In this document: positions 14,002 through 27,612 of the stretch, in pieces | Layout of the letters: the number at the start of each line of letters is the position of its first letter | How positions within the stretch are numbered: the first letter of the stretch is position 1 | Assembly (NCBI GenBank): GCA_021613535.1 | Contig: CP075497.1 | Coordinates: 9,672,001-9,736,000 of the forward strand | Reading direction: 5' to 3' | Length of the DNA stretch: 64,000 bases | Source of the DNA: Adineta vaga | Taxonomy: Eukaryota; Animalia; Rotifera | The notes under the pieces: model-generated | Seen by the model: the letters and a program-made list of their open reading frames with translations, nothing else | The model's database searches: none | Told to the model about the DNA's origin: nothing | Made by a program: the position numbers and the translations under genes

Positions 14002-14185
14002 ATTCTTGTAACAAGCGAAAAAAGAACAATATATCCTCTAGTTTTAGTGCAAAGAAGCAAATAAAATCCAAATCATCTTTTGAGAAAAAAAGATTTTTCT
14101 TTCTATTGATTTTATCTACTGATTTTTTTTTATAATCTTCGAAAGAAAAATAGATTCTTTTTTTAAAATCCCGGTATAATTTTAG

Positions 14186-14674
14186 ATGCTCTCAAATCGT
14201 CTAGTCAGACCATCATGTTTTCTCTTGTCGATAATTCGTTGTAATCATCGAACGAGTCCTTATCCAGATATAACACATCCTGAACAAGCAATTCATATTC
14301 CAGAAACTTATGAAGAAAAACTTGCTGTACCATTAGAACGACCACGTTTTGTCGATGAATATTCAACCGAAGGACCACCTTATGGACGTGTTTATGAAAA
14401 AATACCATTTAAATTTCGTGTAGAAAAAGGTCGAGCTTATTCATATTGTGCTTGTGGTTGGGCGCATACTCAACCATTTTGTGATGGAATGTGTAAACAT
14501 GTTTGGGGAAATCATGATGTTCGGCGAAATCCAAAATATCGACCAATTAAATATGTAGCAGAAGAAACAAAAGATGTATGGTGGTGTAATTGTAAACAAG
14601 CAAAAAAGAGACCATTCTGTGATGGAACACATAAACTAGATTTTGTACAAAAACAAAATGCTGTGAAAAATTAG
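14186..14674 (+). CDS. CISD3: CDGSH iron-sulfur domain protein 3 (MiNT)-like, two CDGSH domains
   Basis: Arg-rich presequence; CACGWAHTQPFCDGMC and WCNCKQAKKRPFCDGTH. Confidence 0.9.
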   Translation: MLSNRLVRPSCFLLSIIRCNHRTSPYPDITHPEQAIHIPETYEEKLAVPLERPRFVDEYSTEGPPYGRVYEKIPFKFRVEKGRAYSYCACGWAHTQPFCDGMCKHVWGNHDVRRNPKYRPIKYVAEETKDVWWCNCKQAKKRPFCDGTHKLDFVQKQNAVKN

Positions 14675-15200
14675 ACGAATGTTGTTTTTAGAAAAACGAA
14701 ATAAAATTGTTAGGATGCCGCCCAACTTACTTTTCTCTCTATTTCATTAATATTTTAAATTAAACTAAACGATAACAATTGATTCACACAGATAATTAAT
14801 AGAGCGGAACGAAAGGTGTTATTATCTAACAAAAATATTTCAGATCATTTTCGAACATTTTCCAGATGAATAGTTTTATATGACGAAATCAAGGTATACT
14901 GTATTCAATGTTTATGATAGCGAGTCAAAAGATAAGCTGATGAATGAGGTTGGGTGAAGGGTGTAGTTGATTAAAGTAAACCACCAAGAGACGTATATAG
15001 TCTTGAAATATTAACGTGCAGCAGCAGACTGAATTAATATTTTCCTTAGAAAATAAGTCGATCTAATTTCAAACTACGGTTTTCAAAGAAAAAGCAACGT
15101 CACTGTTCTGTATTATCATCATTAATCATACATATGTTAATAATATGTATATTGATTTTTATTCTTTTCTTTTCTTGCAAGCTAATTGCTATTTCGTTAG

Positions 15201-15536
15201 CATCGATGCAACGTGCTAAACAGATTATGTAACAAGTTACAGCGAACGAACAGTATGATCAATTTGATGACAATATTGCTGATGATGAGCTTTGTCGAGC
15301 AAATCGCTTTATATATTTTTCTTGAAAAAAAAATCTCATTATATATGTGTTTTCAGGCATGCAATGAACATGATGGATTATATAATGTATCACAATCTCA
15401 ATAACAAGAATTAAATAAATTTGAACAAACTGATAATTTCACACCAAATAGTATTAGTGGTTTAAAACGTAAACAGCTTGACGTCTCGACGACACCAAAT
15501 GAACAATGTACAATGATTAAAAAAACAGTAAAATGA
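15201..15536 (+). pseudogene. Two-exon coding remnant with in-frame stops, identity unknown
   Basis: After an AG acceptor: SMQRAKQIM*QVTANEQYDQFDDNIADDELCR | GC..AG intron-like gap of ~58 nt | ACNEHDGLYNVSQSQ*QELNKFEQ...GLKRKQLD...KKTVK*. Codon usage resembles the neighbouring genes. Confidence 0.4.
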
Positions 15537-18500
15537 TAATCCTATCAGATTGATATGATATCCATCCTTTCCTCCTTTACGAAATAGTCGAATTAAGTAT
15601 TTTATAAACTATCTATCATTGAAATTAGAACGAAAACGATGATGAGGTAATACTGTATTTCTATCACGATTCATTTCTATTCGAAAATAAATTTATTCTA
15701 TTCAAACATTTGTTTTATATGAATATCAGTATTTCTTTTTCTTTTGTATCATATATATATATATGATTTCCGTTGAACATTGTTCTTATATTCATATCGT
15801 TAGATAAATATAAAGATGCTGATGAACTTTAATCCTCTACTCTTAACATATACATATATATATATCAGATATTTATTGACATGAGTATGCATGTGTGTCA
15901 ATTAGAAATCGATGAACAGTAATTTGATCTATGACAATAAACTATGTAGATCAATGTTGAAGAAAAGCAAACAAGGAAGTAATTTCAATGAAATGTTGTA
16001 TTGGATAAATATAAAAGCGAGAAGGAAAGAGTTCAATCAACCGAAACATCAAAGGGTGTCAATCGCGTGACAAAGAATAAAGGTAGTTTTACTACTAATT
16101 ATTCAAAACATTGAATGAATAATAACAAAAACACAAGAAATTAACAATAGCGTTTTGAAAGATTCATTCTATTCATATCATATGAGATCAATCGAACCAT
16201 TTAATTGCTTGTATTGATGAAGAAGAACAAAAACAATGAGACAAATGATGTAAATGTGTCAATAGTTAGTCACTCGTCTCAAGTGTTTCATTTTGAAATC
16301 GACAGGAAACGACCATATCTAGGTGTATTGATTGAAAAATAATAAGTGATTTAATGTTATTGAGATAAACAGAAAGTATAGAAGTCCAGTCTATTCTTTC
16401 AAGAGACTCGCTCACACAAGTATAAGTCTTTTCATTCGTGTATATATATATATATGTGTGTGTGTGTGCAAGAGCCACGCCGCATTGCTTTTGATCCTAT
16501 TGTTCATTCACGCGACTGTTGTATGATGACAAATACGCTCACGACGATTTCTCTAATGAGTATAAGCATATAAACATTCAATCCCAATGGATAGACAGCG
16601 CGACTCTATACATATTTATGGTACCCTTGAGCTGATGAGTATCGCATTTAGATATGTTGGCACCAAGATGTAAATTATACTTTCACAATAGAATGAATCA
16701 AATCTTTTGTTTTCTATTTATATATGTCTATTTATACATATTCAAGAACAAATGTCAAGTAACATGAATGTCCAGAGAGATATTGACACTCACACGCGTG
16801 TGTTCACATCTATACATTCAGGTAAAGTTAAGAAAAATGGTTCGTGAATGTGAGGATAAGATTTATAGCTCACACGAGAATGTCAAATGATGATCGTTGA
16901 CCAGACGAATTCTCCATCTGTTCAGGTAAATAGGTATTTTTCTTTCGTCTAAGATAAACGATTGCATACATGAGAACTTGTGATTTTTATTGCTCAGTAG
17001 ACATATAGACATACATATATGTTACTTTTAAATAAAGAAAATTTTTTCAAGAGGAAAGAAGTCTTTGACGTTCTATTCAATTTGTATTACTAACTTCCTG
17101 CCTTGGGCATTCATCTACTTTTTCCTTTATTAAAAAAGATGAAGATGAAGACGAAGGAAAAAAACGGAGAAAAAGGAACTGCTTTAAATAATGATCATTA
17201 ATAGGATTTCTTTTAATAAGATCGTTACGACAGGAGCTACGCTAGTACGTATATATATTCAATACACGAAATGATCATTATCATTTCAGTCTTTTATAAA
17301 CTAAGTATATTCATATATGTATTTATGTGTGAATTTCAAAATGATATCCATTCATTCGAAGATAAGTGAGATAGAGAATCTATTGAAACAGGTAGAGAAC
17401 AAGTACAGGTACATGCAGATGGTCATCTTTCCCTGTATAGTTAGTTTGGCCGGAAGTAAATGAAACAAGTGTCATATAGGACTAATTTATGGTTTCTCTC
17501 TTACACATACTCTCTCGTTTTCTTTCACATATTCATTGAGATGAACAATTTGATTAGAAGACCAAATCGATGTGACACATGGCGGAAATAACTGCTTCAT
17601 TTTCTTCTTTTTCTCTACCTGCGACAATCTAACTATCTACTAATTTTATATTGTTTTGTTAAAGTATCTATGTGTGAATATTGATCATCAAAAGATCGAT
17701 CTCTTTGTTATAAAATATCGAGTGAAGATCAATTGAAAGTGAAAGAACATTTTTATGATGTCATCTTTTCTCTATTGATCGACAGAATACAATCAATTGT
17801 AAAAATGAATCGATTTTTATGATTGAAAGACAGTGATGCGAAAAAATATATATATCTCTCTGATGTTTAACCGACATTTTTCTTCTTCTTCTTCTCCTCC
17901 TAGACAAAGATCAACTTTTCACCTGTTTTCCACGCTTTTATCGTTTTCAATATCTCTAAAGTCAATTAAATTGTCCGATACGGTTTATACACAGTTATCA
18001 TTGTGCCGAACTACATCTCAATAGTAAATGAAGCGAATGTAAAAGTGATTAATCTAATGAGGTTGAGGTCCATAGGCAAATGAAAGAGAGAACCAAATTA
18101 ATAACAAAAGAAAAAGAAAAAGGAAAACGAGAGGAGAAGAAGAAAAAGGTTCATTTTCTTCCCTTTGGCTGAACGATATACGAACAAGAGAAAAAGGAAC
18201 CAGCTTATACGTACACCTACAGAGAAAGTGAGAGAGAGAGACAGAGAAGAGAGAAGAGAAAGATCAATTTCGCTTTCTCTCTTTTCCATTTATTTTTTGT
18301 GAACAAAAACACAGTTGTGACCATCATCGTTATACATCCCTGCTGTTTTGAATCTTTTTATTTCTATCTAACTCAAAATATCAATAAATCGATTTTCGAC
18401 GTCTAGGTGAGATATTGAACAATAATTAACAAGAAAATATCATTATTTTCTTTACATATACACAGGACATGAATTAGCTCATATGTGTCAGATACATACA

Positions 18501-19206
18501 TAGATGTAATTGTATTCCTGTCTATTCTTTTTCAAACTAAATATATACATAGAAAGAGATATGTATATATATATATCTGTACTCCCCTCTGGCTGAACCA
18601 CTTGAATGACAAAACAGTTGACGACGTAGAAGAAGCAATTTCTGTTCTCTGCTTTCAATTTTTACTTTGTGACGACTGATGTAACTACAGACTAGAAAAG
18701 GTAAGAAGCCGATGAACATCATCTCATCGTAGCAACGTCACATATTGAACGAAGTGTCGATTTCCATTTCAGCATCTCAATGTTAGTTAATGCTCGAGGA
18801 TTTCATTGTTTTACTTAACGTGATTAAACCTTGAAATGTTTTGTTTGTTAGTTCCTTTTCACAGGTAAATACGAAGCTTTTCCCATCTATTCAAAAAGCT
18901 GATAGAGAAATATTGTATCGAATCGAATAGAAAGACGGATCATTTATTGACTTTGGTATTATCGCACGTTGAGTATAAAAATTTTTTGATGGAGATAAAG
19001 CTAAAATGTTTCCGCATTTGTTGCTCTTTGATCACATTCGATCACGAAATGTCGATGAAGATGTGATAAAAGGACTAGAGAGGACAATTATGATGACAAC
19101 TTCATCTTCAATTATCGAATACACAGGCGTTATATTTATATGTGCGTGTCTCAATCAAACCAACTTTTTTCACATCTGTTTTAGATAAAACGACGACGAC
19201 GACGAA

Positions 19207-22200
19207 ATGCTCCTTTTACTTCTAATTATTCTTCCTTTAATATCTGCTAATAATAATAATACTTCAATTATTTATATTCATGAAGAACTTCCATCAAATA
19301 GTTTATTATTATCATCCATATCATCAACAAATAGTTTACAATGGTTACCATCATCTTATACATATCAAACATATTTTCGTTTAAATCAAAACCAATCATT
19401 GTCGACAACAGATCAGAGAATTGATCGCGAAGAATTTTGTGAAAAAAATCTTTGTAATTGTTCATATTGTTTATTGACATTGAATTTTTTACAAACTTTT
19501 GCAACGAATAATATTTCAATTCGAACAATACAAATTGTTATCGAAGGTAAATAAGTGTTCTTTAACAAATAATTTCGAATATTAAAAAGTCTTCTCTTTA
19601 GATATCAATGATCATTCTCCAGTATTTAGGCAATCATTGATTAAACTTCCAATTGCAGAAAATGTTCCTATAGGTTATGAAATTCCACTTGAATCAGCAA
19701 TAGATAATGATTATGGATCTTTATCAATTCAAAACTATGAATTACATCCATTAATTAACAATCCATTTCGTTTAATTAAAACTGGTAAACCTGTTTTGAG
19801 ACTCATTGAAGCATTAGACCGTGAAACAAAATCGAATTATTTATTACAATTAATTGCTTATGATGGTGGTTCACCACCTTTATCTGGTCAACAAAAAATT
19901 GAAATAATCGTTACTGAGTATGTGAAGAAATCGATGATTGAGTGATTTGATTTCTAAGATGTATTACTGTTTTTTTTCTTATTGGAAAATTTTAGTGTGA
20001 ATGATAATCCACCTGTTTTTGATCGATCGATCTATCAACGATCGATTCCTGAAAACGAAAAGATCGATTCAGTACTCTTACAAATTCATGCAAGTGATCG
20101 TGATGATGAAGAAAATGGACGTATTAGTTATTCAATTGATGATCCATCATCAACATTTCGTATCAATGAACAGACAGGAGAAATCTATTTACTTAAACCA
20201 TTAGATTATGAAAAGATACGTTCATATTCAATTTCAATCACAGGTTCGTTAACAATATCTTTTCTTCTTTCTTACAAACTAATCGGTCGTTTCTTTTTCC
20301 TTCTCTTCTATGTTCAGCTCGTGATCATGGTACACCCCAGCTGAATAATTATGCGCAATTAATAATCGATGTCACAGATGTCAATGATAATATTCCGAAA
20401 ATCTTGATCACTGAAATTAATGGTACTCGTCATGATCATAATCAACCAATTAGTTTATCAGAATGTACACCCAAAGGTAATATAATCTCGAATATAACAA
20501 TGATAATCGTATCAAACAAAAAAGTAAAAGAGACTGAACAATAAAACTTTCATCATCTAATCAACTTGTCAAGAATAGAATAAGAAGTGTATCGTTTCTT
20601 TTCGATTGAACTGTTGCTTTTTCTTCTCTTCATATCAGTCTGTATCTAACGAACGTTCTTCCAGTTGAAATAGTTCTCATATCGATAAATTAGACCTTTT
20701 GTCAAACATATGTTACATCGTCAGAAATATACCAACAGACAAATAGCCTATAGTGAATTGTTCAAAGTCATTCGATGTCAACATAATCATCGAAGCATAT
20801 GATAGATAAATATATTTTGTTATTTTAGGTACGTCTTTGTTTTATATCTATGTGACCGATGATGATTCTGGTGAAAATGGTCGTGTTAGTTGTACATTGA
20901 ATGATACACATTTTAGCTTAGTTTATTTAACGTTAAATGCATATTCATTACAAATCAGTGGTTTACCTGAACTTGATTATGAACGTGAACAATCATTAGA
21001 TATCGAATTAAAATGTACAGATTATGGTCTTCCAAGTTTATCAAAAACTGTTTTATTTCATATTGAATTAGAAGATTGTAATGACAATCCACCGGATATT
21101 ATATCACCATTGCCATTTAATGGAACAATGATGATTTCATATGAAACAACAATTGTTCCATTTGTGATTACACAATTTCATGTTGAAGATCGAGATCGTT
21201 TTCAACCCAATAAGTTTTCTTATTCATTTACAGTTACTCCATCATTAGATTTAAGTTTAACAAATAATGGAACATTAATTCTTTGTTCAATGCCATTTGC
21301 AATGGGTCTATATATGATCAATGTAACGGTTTCTGATATTGGAAATTTAACCAATTCAATTTCAATACCATTTAACATCTATTCTTTGAATGATACAACA
21401 ATATTGAAGAGATTTACTATGGAAAATACAAGTTTAATGTTGATATTTTCATTATTTTTGATAATTTTTATTGCTTCCATATTCATTGGTGTATGTTTTC
21501 TAATTGCATTTCTCTTACGAAGAAGAAGAAAATCACAACAACAACAACAACAACAACAATCAAAAGGGCGTTTGTGTTTATGTTGTTATTCATGTTTTAA
21601 TATTGATGAAAAATCGATTCGAAATTCTTCATGTGAAAGTATGAATAGTTCAAATGAACGTGCAGATTCATCACAAAAAACAACCATTGAAGTTCTTGAT
21701 GATGGACGCGTAAGTTTTGTTTTTCAACAGAGATTCATTTCTTTTTCTCTCACATGTCAATTGACACCTATAGATGAAATTCTATTGTATATTGTGAATA
21801 GACGATGAGAACAGATGCGCACGTTTGTATATGGATTAATGACTGTATGGTACATTGAGCTGAGCACTTTTTCTTGAGACACGATTAAACATCTTCTTAC
21901 CGCCTTTGTACTTTTCCTTTCGATAGAATTCATCCAATCGTATCTATGAATATGGAGTAAAACAAGCGAACGATTTAAGTTTAATCAATACTCGGAATAT
22001 TCATCATCAACGTGATTTCAATTATTCAGAAAAAGTAAGTTTTAGATTTGAAATCAATGTTTTTATTTCTGAATACTAAAGTATATTTGTCTTTCTATAG
22101 GTTGAACGATATTTAACTCATCTAAATCATGGAATTCTTGGTGTTGATACGACATTATCTGATGAAGGTGTTTATGGTTCATCAGATTTATCTTCAGATC

Positions 22201-22355
22201 AATTACATCAATTAAATATTCGTCCACCATCCATTGTATCAATTCCATCCTCACAACAACATTATCAAGATAGTTTAAAACGTTTTGAACAATTGTATTC
22301 TCTGGTTGAACATCGTCAACCAACAGCATTCACATCTGATAGTCTTTACGTATAA
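19207..22355 (+). CDS. Protocadherin-like cadherin-repeat transmembrane protein
   Basis: Signal peptide; cadherin motifs IDRE, DINDHSP, LDRE, DVNDNPP, LDYE, DCNDNPP; TM helix followed by RRRRK and polyQ; cytoplasmic tail ending SDSLYV*. Confidence 0.9.
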
Positions 22356-23585
22356 ACAGTCATTTTTTTCTGGCTAAAATTGTATTTGTATTTGTGTGTC
22401 TTTTGTACCATGATGATTTCTTTTTGTTTTGGAATAAAATATACAGCTTGTTGTCATAAATCAATTCAAGTAACTATCATACTGTGATTCGAAGTATGGA
22501 TATATAGAACAGTAGGTGGTCATTATTAGGACGGAGGAAAGGATAGATTAAGGTAGACAAGTGTGAAAACAAATACATGGCAATTGAATGAATGGATGAA
22601 TATCTAATAGGTCCTCTCCATTGAGAAATTTTGTTTTCAGAGAAAGAGAGAAGGAGGAGATCTAGGGGGGAAAATGATGATGATCATTTGTTAGAGATCA
22701 ACTTGATGGTTTTTTTATTTGATACTCGTCTATGAAACGCGACGATTGAATGTAAATGTTAAATGAAATGCAAATAATCACCTCGAGAAAGTGTGAATAA
22801 TTTTCAATAGGTATTATATTGTATAGCAACTTTAATTGGATCATAACATCGTGATATTTACGATAGAATAGCTATAAAATTCGCAGAATGAGAATTAACA
22901 AATAGCATGTCTATGGAAAGAAGTTAATACGATAATAAAAAAACTATCAAAGTAACAATGATTTTTGTTTCAATGTTTGTTTTAGGATATATTGGATAAG
23001 GAGCTTACTTTTATAACTATTTGCAACTGAAAATAAATTTGAGATGAAATGGACATCATTGAAACTTGATTTGAATACAATAGAAAGACTATTAAAATGA
23101 ATTCAAGTCACAATAGTTATTGCAATTTAGATGAAATTCAATGCCTTTTCTTATAACGAATTAATGATCGAATGATTGTATTGTATATTTTTTTGAAAGG
23201 AAGAGTATGTGTTTTCTAAGAGTAATTGAGAGATGTCGCTAGATCACTATAGATTCGACAAATGCGTTCTCTATTGATTAAAAGTTTTTTTATTTAAAAT
23301 AGGAAAAAAAAGATTAAAAATGAGACTTTTATAGAAAATCTACGATTTTCAATAAAAAAAATGATTGAAAGTCATGTTTTTAGTTTTACGTAAGAATGGT
23401 CGGAGGTCGAGTCAATGTATCATTAAAAATGGCTATAAAATATTCAATTTGATAATAGATTTCTTTCTTCTATCTATATGTATATGCTTTCAAATCGCAT
23501 TCGTTTTCGTAATTATTAATCAAGTATTTGTTTGAGTAGACTAGGCATTCTGTTTTTTTCTTAATTATCATCTGTTCGCGGTCTA

Positions 23586-26583
23586 ATGAGACCAGGTATG
23601 ATTTTTTGCGAAAAGATTTTCATCCTAGAGAACAGTTAGTTTGATTCTATTTTTTTTATATATTATTAACTATATAGGCATGCGCCATCCACCGCCGGTA
23701 CCACCACTTCGACCACCCCAGCGTCTTATGCCGGCACCGATTGATGGCGGTGTTTTTTTCGGGGTAATGCCATTAACAACTAATTAACGTTTCTTTCTTT
23801 CTTTCTTTCTTTTCCATGTTGTATCATAAATGTTTTACTTTTCAGTTTTATCTAAAAATATTAAATTCGTTTATTGCCTTCATTTTTAGGGTCGTGATTA
23901 CTCACGTCGACAACAACTACTACAACCAAATTATCCACCACAAAAATCATTAATTCCATCAGGTACTCCGCCACAACAATGGCAAAATAATCCCAATTTT
24001 CGTCCTGGTCCTATACCATTATTACGTCCAAATGGTCCATGGCATCCACATGGTAATACATATCCACAACCTTCTCCACAACCACCACCATTACTTCCTA
24101 CACATCAACAGTTCAATCCCAATTCACAAACTCCAATCACTTATGTTCCACCACATACAACAAATTATGAATTGATGCGACTTGCTAATTCAGATGAAAT
24201 CCCATTTCTTGAACCTCATGAAGACGAAGATAATCTTGTTCGAGCACATCTTTCATCGAATAGTAATAATGATGAATCTCTCTTATTAAATACGACATCA
24301 TCACCATCAAAATCGAATAAACGACGTCGACAACAACAACAACAGCAGCAGCAGCAACTGGAAAATAATCGTAATATGATATCGTATCAAGATCTTGATC
24401 GTCCTGAAGAACAGCGTGATTCATCATTTGATAATCGGCTTGTTCCAAAATCAAATAAAAATAATCATCTACCATCTGACAAAACAAATAATCAAGTTTC
24501 AGTTAAATCTTCGATTGATAATGATCGTGCACTTAAATTAGAACTAGATCGAATAAAAAAAGCAGGAGCACAAGAACGAGAGAAATTAAGAGCACAACGA
24601 CAAGCAGCTGCGGAAAAAGAAAGAGAAGCACAAATGAGAAGAAACAGTGGTACAGTTTCCTTTACTTTTGTTTATCTTCATTATCAATATTATTCTATTG
24701 TTTTTCAGCAAAAACCGGTGATAAAGAAAAACGTGAAGATGGTGAACTCGGTGATAGTTCGGATGATGAAAATACCAAATCAATGCCTCCTATAGAACAG
24801 AAACGATTGAAAAAAATCGTAGAAAATCTTGCTTCGACTCCTTCCAAATCAACTATATCCTTTCATTCAAAAACTCCACCATCGGAAAGCATTATTGATA
24901 TGAGTGTAATGAAATTAATACGTCCAATGAAAATCTTTCATATTGATGATGATAAAAATAATTCTTATCGAGAATATTTAACAACTAATTTTAGTCGTGT
25001 TCGCGTTCACTGTCATAAGCCACAACCGAACTTTTTCTCCAATATAAGCTGTATTGAAGAAATTAAACGTCGCTTGCGGTTAAATAATTATTCAACATCA
25101 TCTATTCTATTTCGACATTTAATTGATGAAAATGATCAAGATTTATCATTAAGTTTAGAAGTCAATGCTGAAACAGAAGATGGTGAAATTGAAAGTGATG
25201 AAGAAAATACTATGGATTTAAATGGTAAAATATCTAAACATGCATTATCAGATGATGATAATGAGAAACAGATTAGAAAGAAATTGAAATTATTTGATGA
25301 AGGAATCAATGATTTAACAAAATTATCATTAAATGAAAAACCTTGGTAAGTTTTCTTATTATTGGTCATAATTGAGGATTGTTTTATAATATAACATTGA
25401 ATTCTTTTCTAGGATAACAAATGATTTACGACAGTTGATTAAACAACGAAATAAATTACAAGCACAGATACTTAATGGTGATACAAATGCTGAGATTGAG
25501 AAGAAATTCAAGAAAATGAGAAATAAAATATGTAAATTGGCGAAGACATTGAAAGGTAATAAGAAACTTTGATGTTTAGATAAAAGTCATAGCTTCAATT
25601 GTTTTGTTTTTGTAGCCAAATATGAAAATTCTATTTCGGGCTCTTCAGAACCATTACTTGTACCACCTTCGATTTCTCAGCAACAATCATCAGTGAATTC
25701 AGCAGCAGCAACAGCAGCAGCTAATCATCCTTTATCTACAATTCTTGATCCAACTCTTGTTATGGCTATGCTTGTTAATCCAAGTCTCTATTCACGTGTG
25801 CAACAACAAGTACTTTCAAATCCAAATTTCATGCAAGCATATCAACATATGTTTGCAGAAGGTACTTCTCTACCTCCAAAAGTTGCCAGTGAAACTCAGG
25901 TAGTTCCATCAACTAATACAACACGTGATAATTTAACGAAACAAACAACATCAAAAGTTACCAAGGAAACACAAAATCTTGCATCATCAAGATCTCGTCC
26001 AGCAGTATTAACTCAAGCAACAAAACCTATTCAATTAACTTCACTTGAAAATGATTTCGAAAATGATCAACAAAATAAAACTCGAACACGTCTTACGTCA
26101 GCTGAATCAACTCTAACTGATAGTCAACAACAAGATATTGCTTTAACACAAGAATTAATTCGTCGTCAGTTAGCATTAACACAACAACAACGGAATCAAC
26201 GAAATCAAAATTCAACTAGTCATATATCTTTATCAACACCATTGAATCGTCATATACCATTGACAACGGAACAAATGCAAGAAGTACTAATGCGTGCAAA
26301 GAATTATGTTACACGTCAACAAAGTGATGAAACAACTGATTTGACTAGTACGCAGCCACGTTTGTCATACAATACTCGACGTTTACAAGCTGCAATTGCT
26401 GCATCAGTTTCATCCGCTACTCCTCAAACAGCACATACAATTGGACAAGCAGCAGCGGCTGCTATTGCTGCTGTTTCTGCTCGACCAACATCAACTACAG
26501 TATCAGCACCATCATCTAATTCAACTATTCCACCAATTTCTCCTCAACAACAACAGCAACACCAACACCACACCAACAACACC

Positions 26584-26614
<31 letters not shown>

Positions 26615-27173
26615 GCAACAACAACAACAACAACAGCAGCAGCAGCATCCAATTCGTATTCAACTCGATCAAAAATCGAAAACACTTTCATCGATTAGTA
26701 ATAATCAATCATCACCGATTTCTACCATTAATCAACCAAAATTAATGTCTCTAGTTGATGTTAATCCATCACCTCCGCATATGTATTCAAATCCGCCCAA
26801 TTGGCAACGTCCTCCTCATGTACCTATGTCACATTATCCAGGACAACCGCATCCACATACTCATCCACATCCTCACCCACATCCACATCCACATCCACAT
26901 CCACATCCACATCCACAACCATATCCACCATATGACAATCCTCATCAACCGCCGCCTTACTATGGTCCACGAACAAATTATCCACCGGAGCCTCGTCCAT
27001 TATTACCATCCTATGGGCCTCATCCACTTCGACATCCTGCTCAACCGCCACGATTCAACGGCCCATTGCCTCCACCTGGACCTTATGGATATGGTCATCC
27101 ACCTCAGAACTATGGACCACCACCACCACCTCCACATCATCCTCATTATGGTCATCATTATCCTCCTTCTTGA
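23586..27173 (+). CDS. Large Pro/Gln/His-rich, probably nuclear protein with a coiled coil and two EDGE[LI] motifs; 1-nt frameshift in the CAA/CAC repeat near 26570
   Basis: Phase-compatible exons starting MRPG|MRHPPPP; REDGEL and TEDGEI; polyQ; Pro/His/Tyr-rich C-terminus. Confidence 0.7.
26545..26647 (+). repeat. Coding (CAA/CAC/CAG)n trinucleotide microsatellite
   Basis: Direct reading of caacaacaacagcaacac...cagcagcagcag. Confidence 0.9.
26850..26916 (+). repeat. Coding (CATCCA)n hexamer repeat encoding (His-Pro)n
   Basis: Direct reading; translates PHPHTHPHPHPHPHPHPHPHPQP. Confidence 0.9.
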
Positions 27174-27612
27174 TCAGTTCTTTTGTTTTTTTTTGTTTGT
27201 TTATTTGTTCTTGAATGTTTGTTTGTTTGATTGTTCGGTTTTTTTTGTATTTCATCATGATCAACAGATGTATTTGTACGTATTTTTTTTCATAACTAGC
27301 TGAACAAATACGTACTCAAGCAAAAACAGAATTTCGTGTGATTTAATACTTTGGATAACTGTACATATACACATATACATATATAAATGATACTCGTCTG
27401 TTCTTTTCTCTACTTTTTAGAAAACCAAGGAGCAGGTTCGTCGATCTTTTCTCCACCTAATTTTTTCTAGAATGAATGGTATCATACTGATCATTTTTTT
27501 TTCATCTATGGACGCAATTTTTCTCGGAGAATTATCTATCTTTCATACAATTTTTTAGCATTTTCATGCTATATGTATAATGCAATAATTGATTGCTATT
27601 TGCACTCTAGAT

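Noticed and set aside
15600-19150. Short ORFs and AT/AG microsatellites upstream of the protocadherin
   Set aside because: Consistent with ordinary regulatory DNA and 5' UTR introns; the translations are low-complexity.
26396-27303. Alternative-frame ORFs with poly-T, (HI)n and (VD)n tracts
   Set aside because: Shadow frames of the CAA and CATCCA coding repeats.
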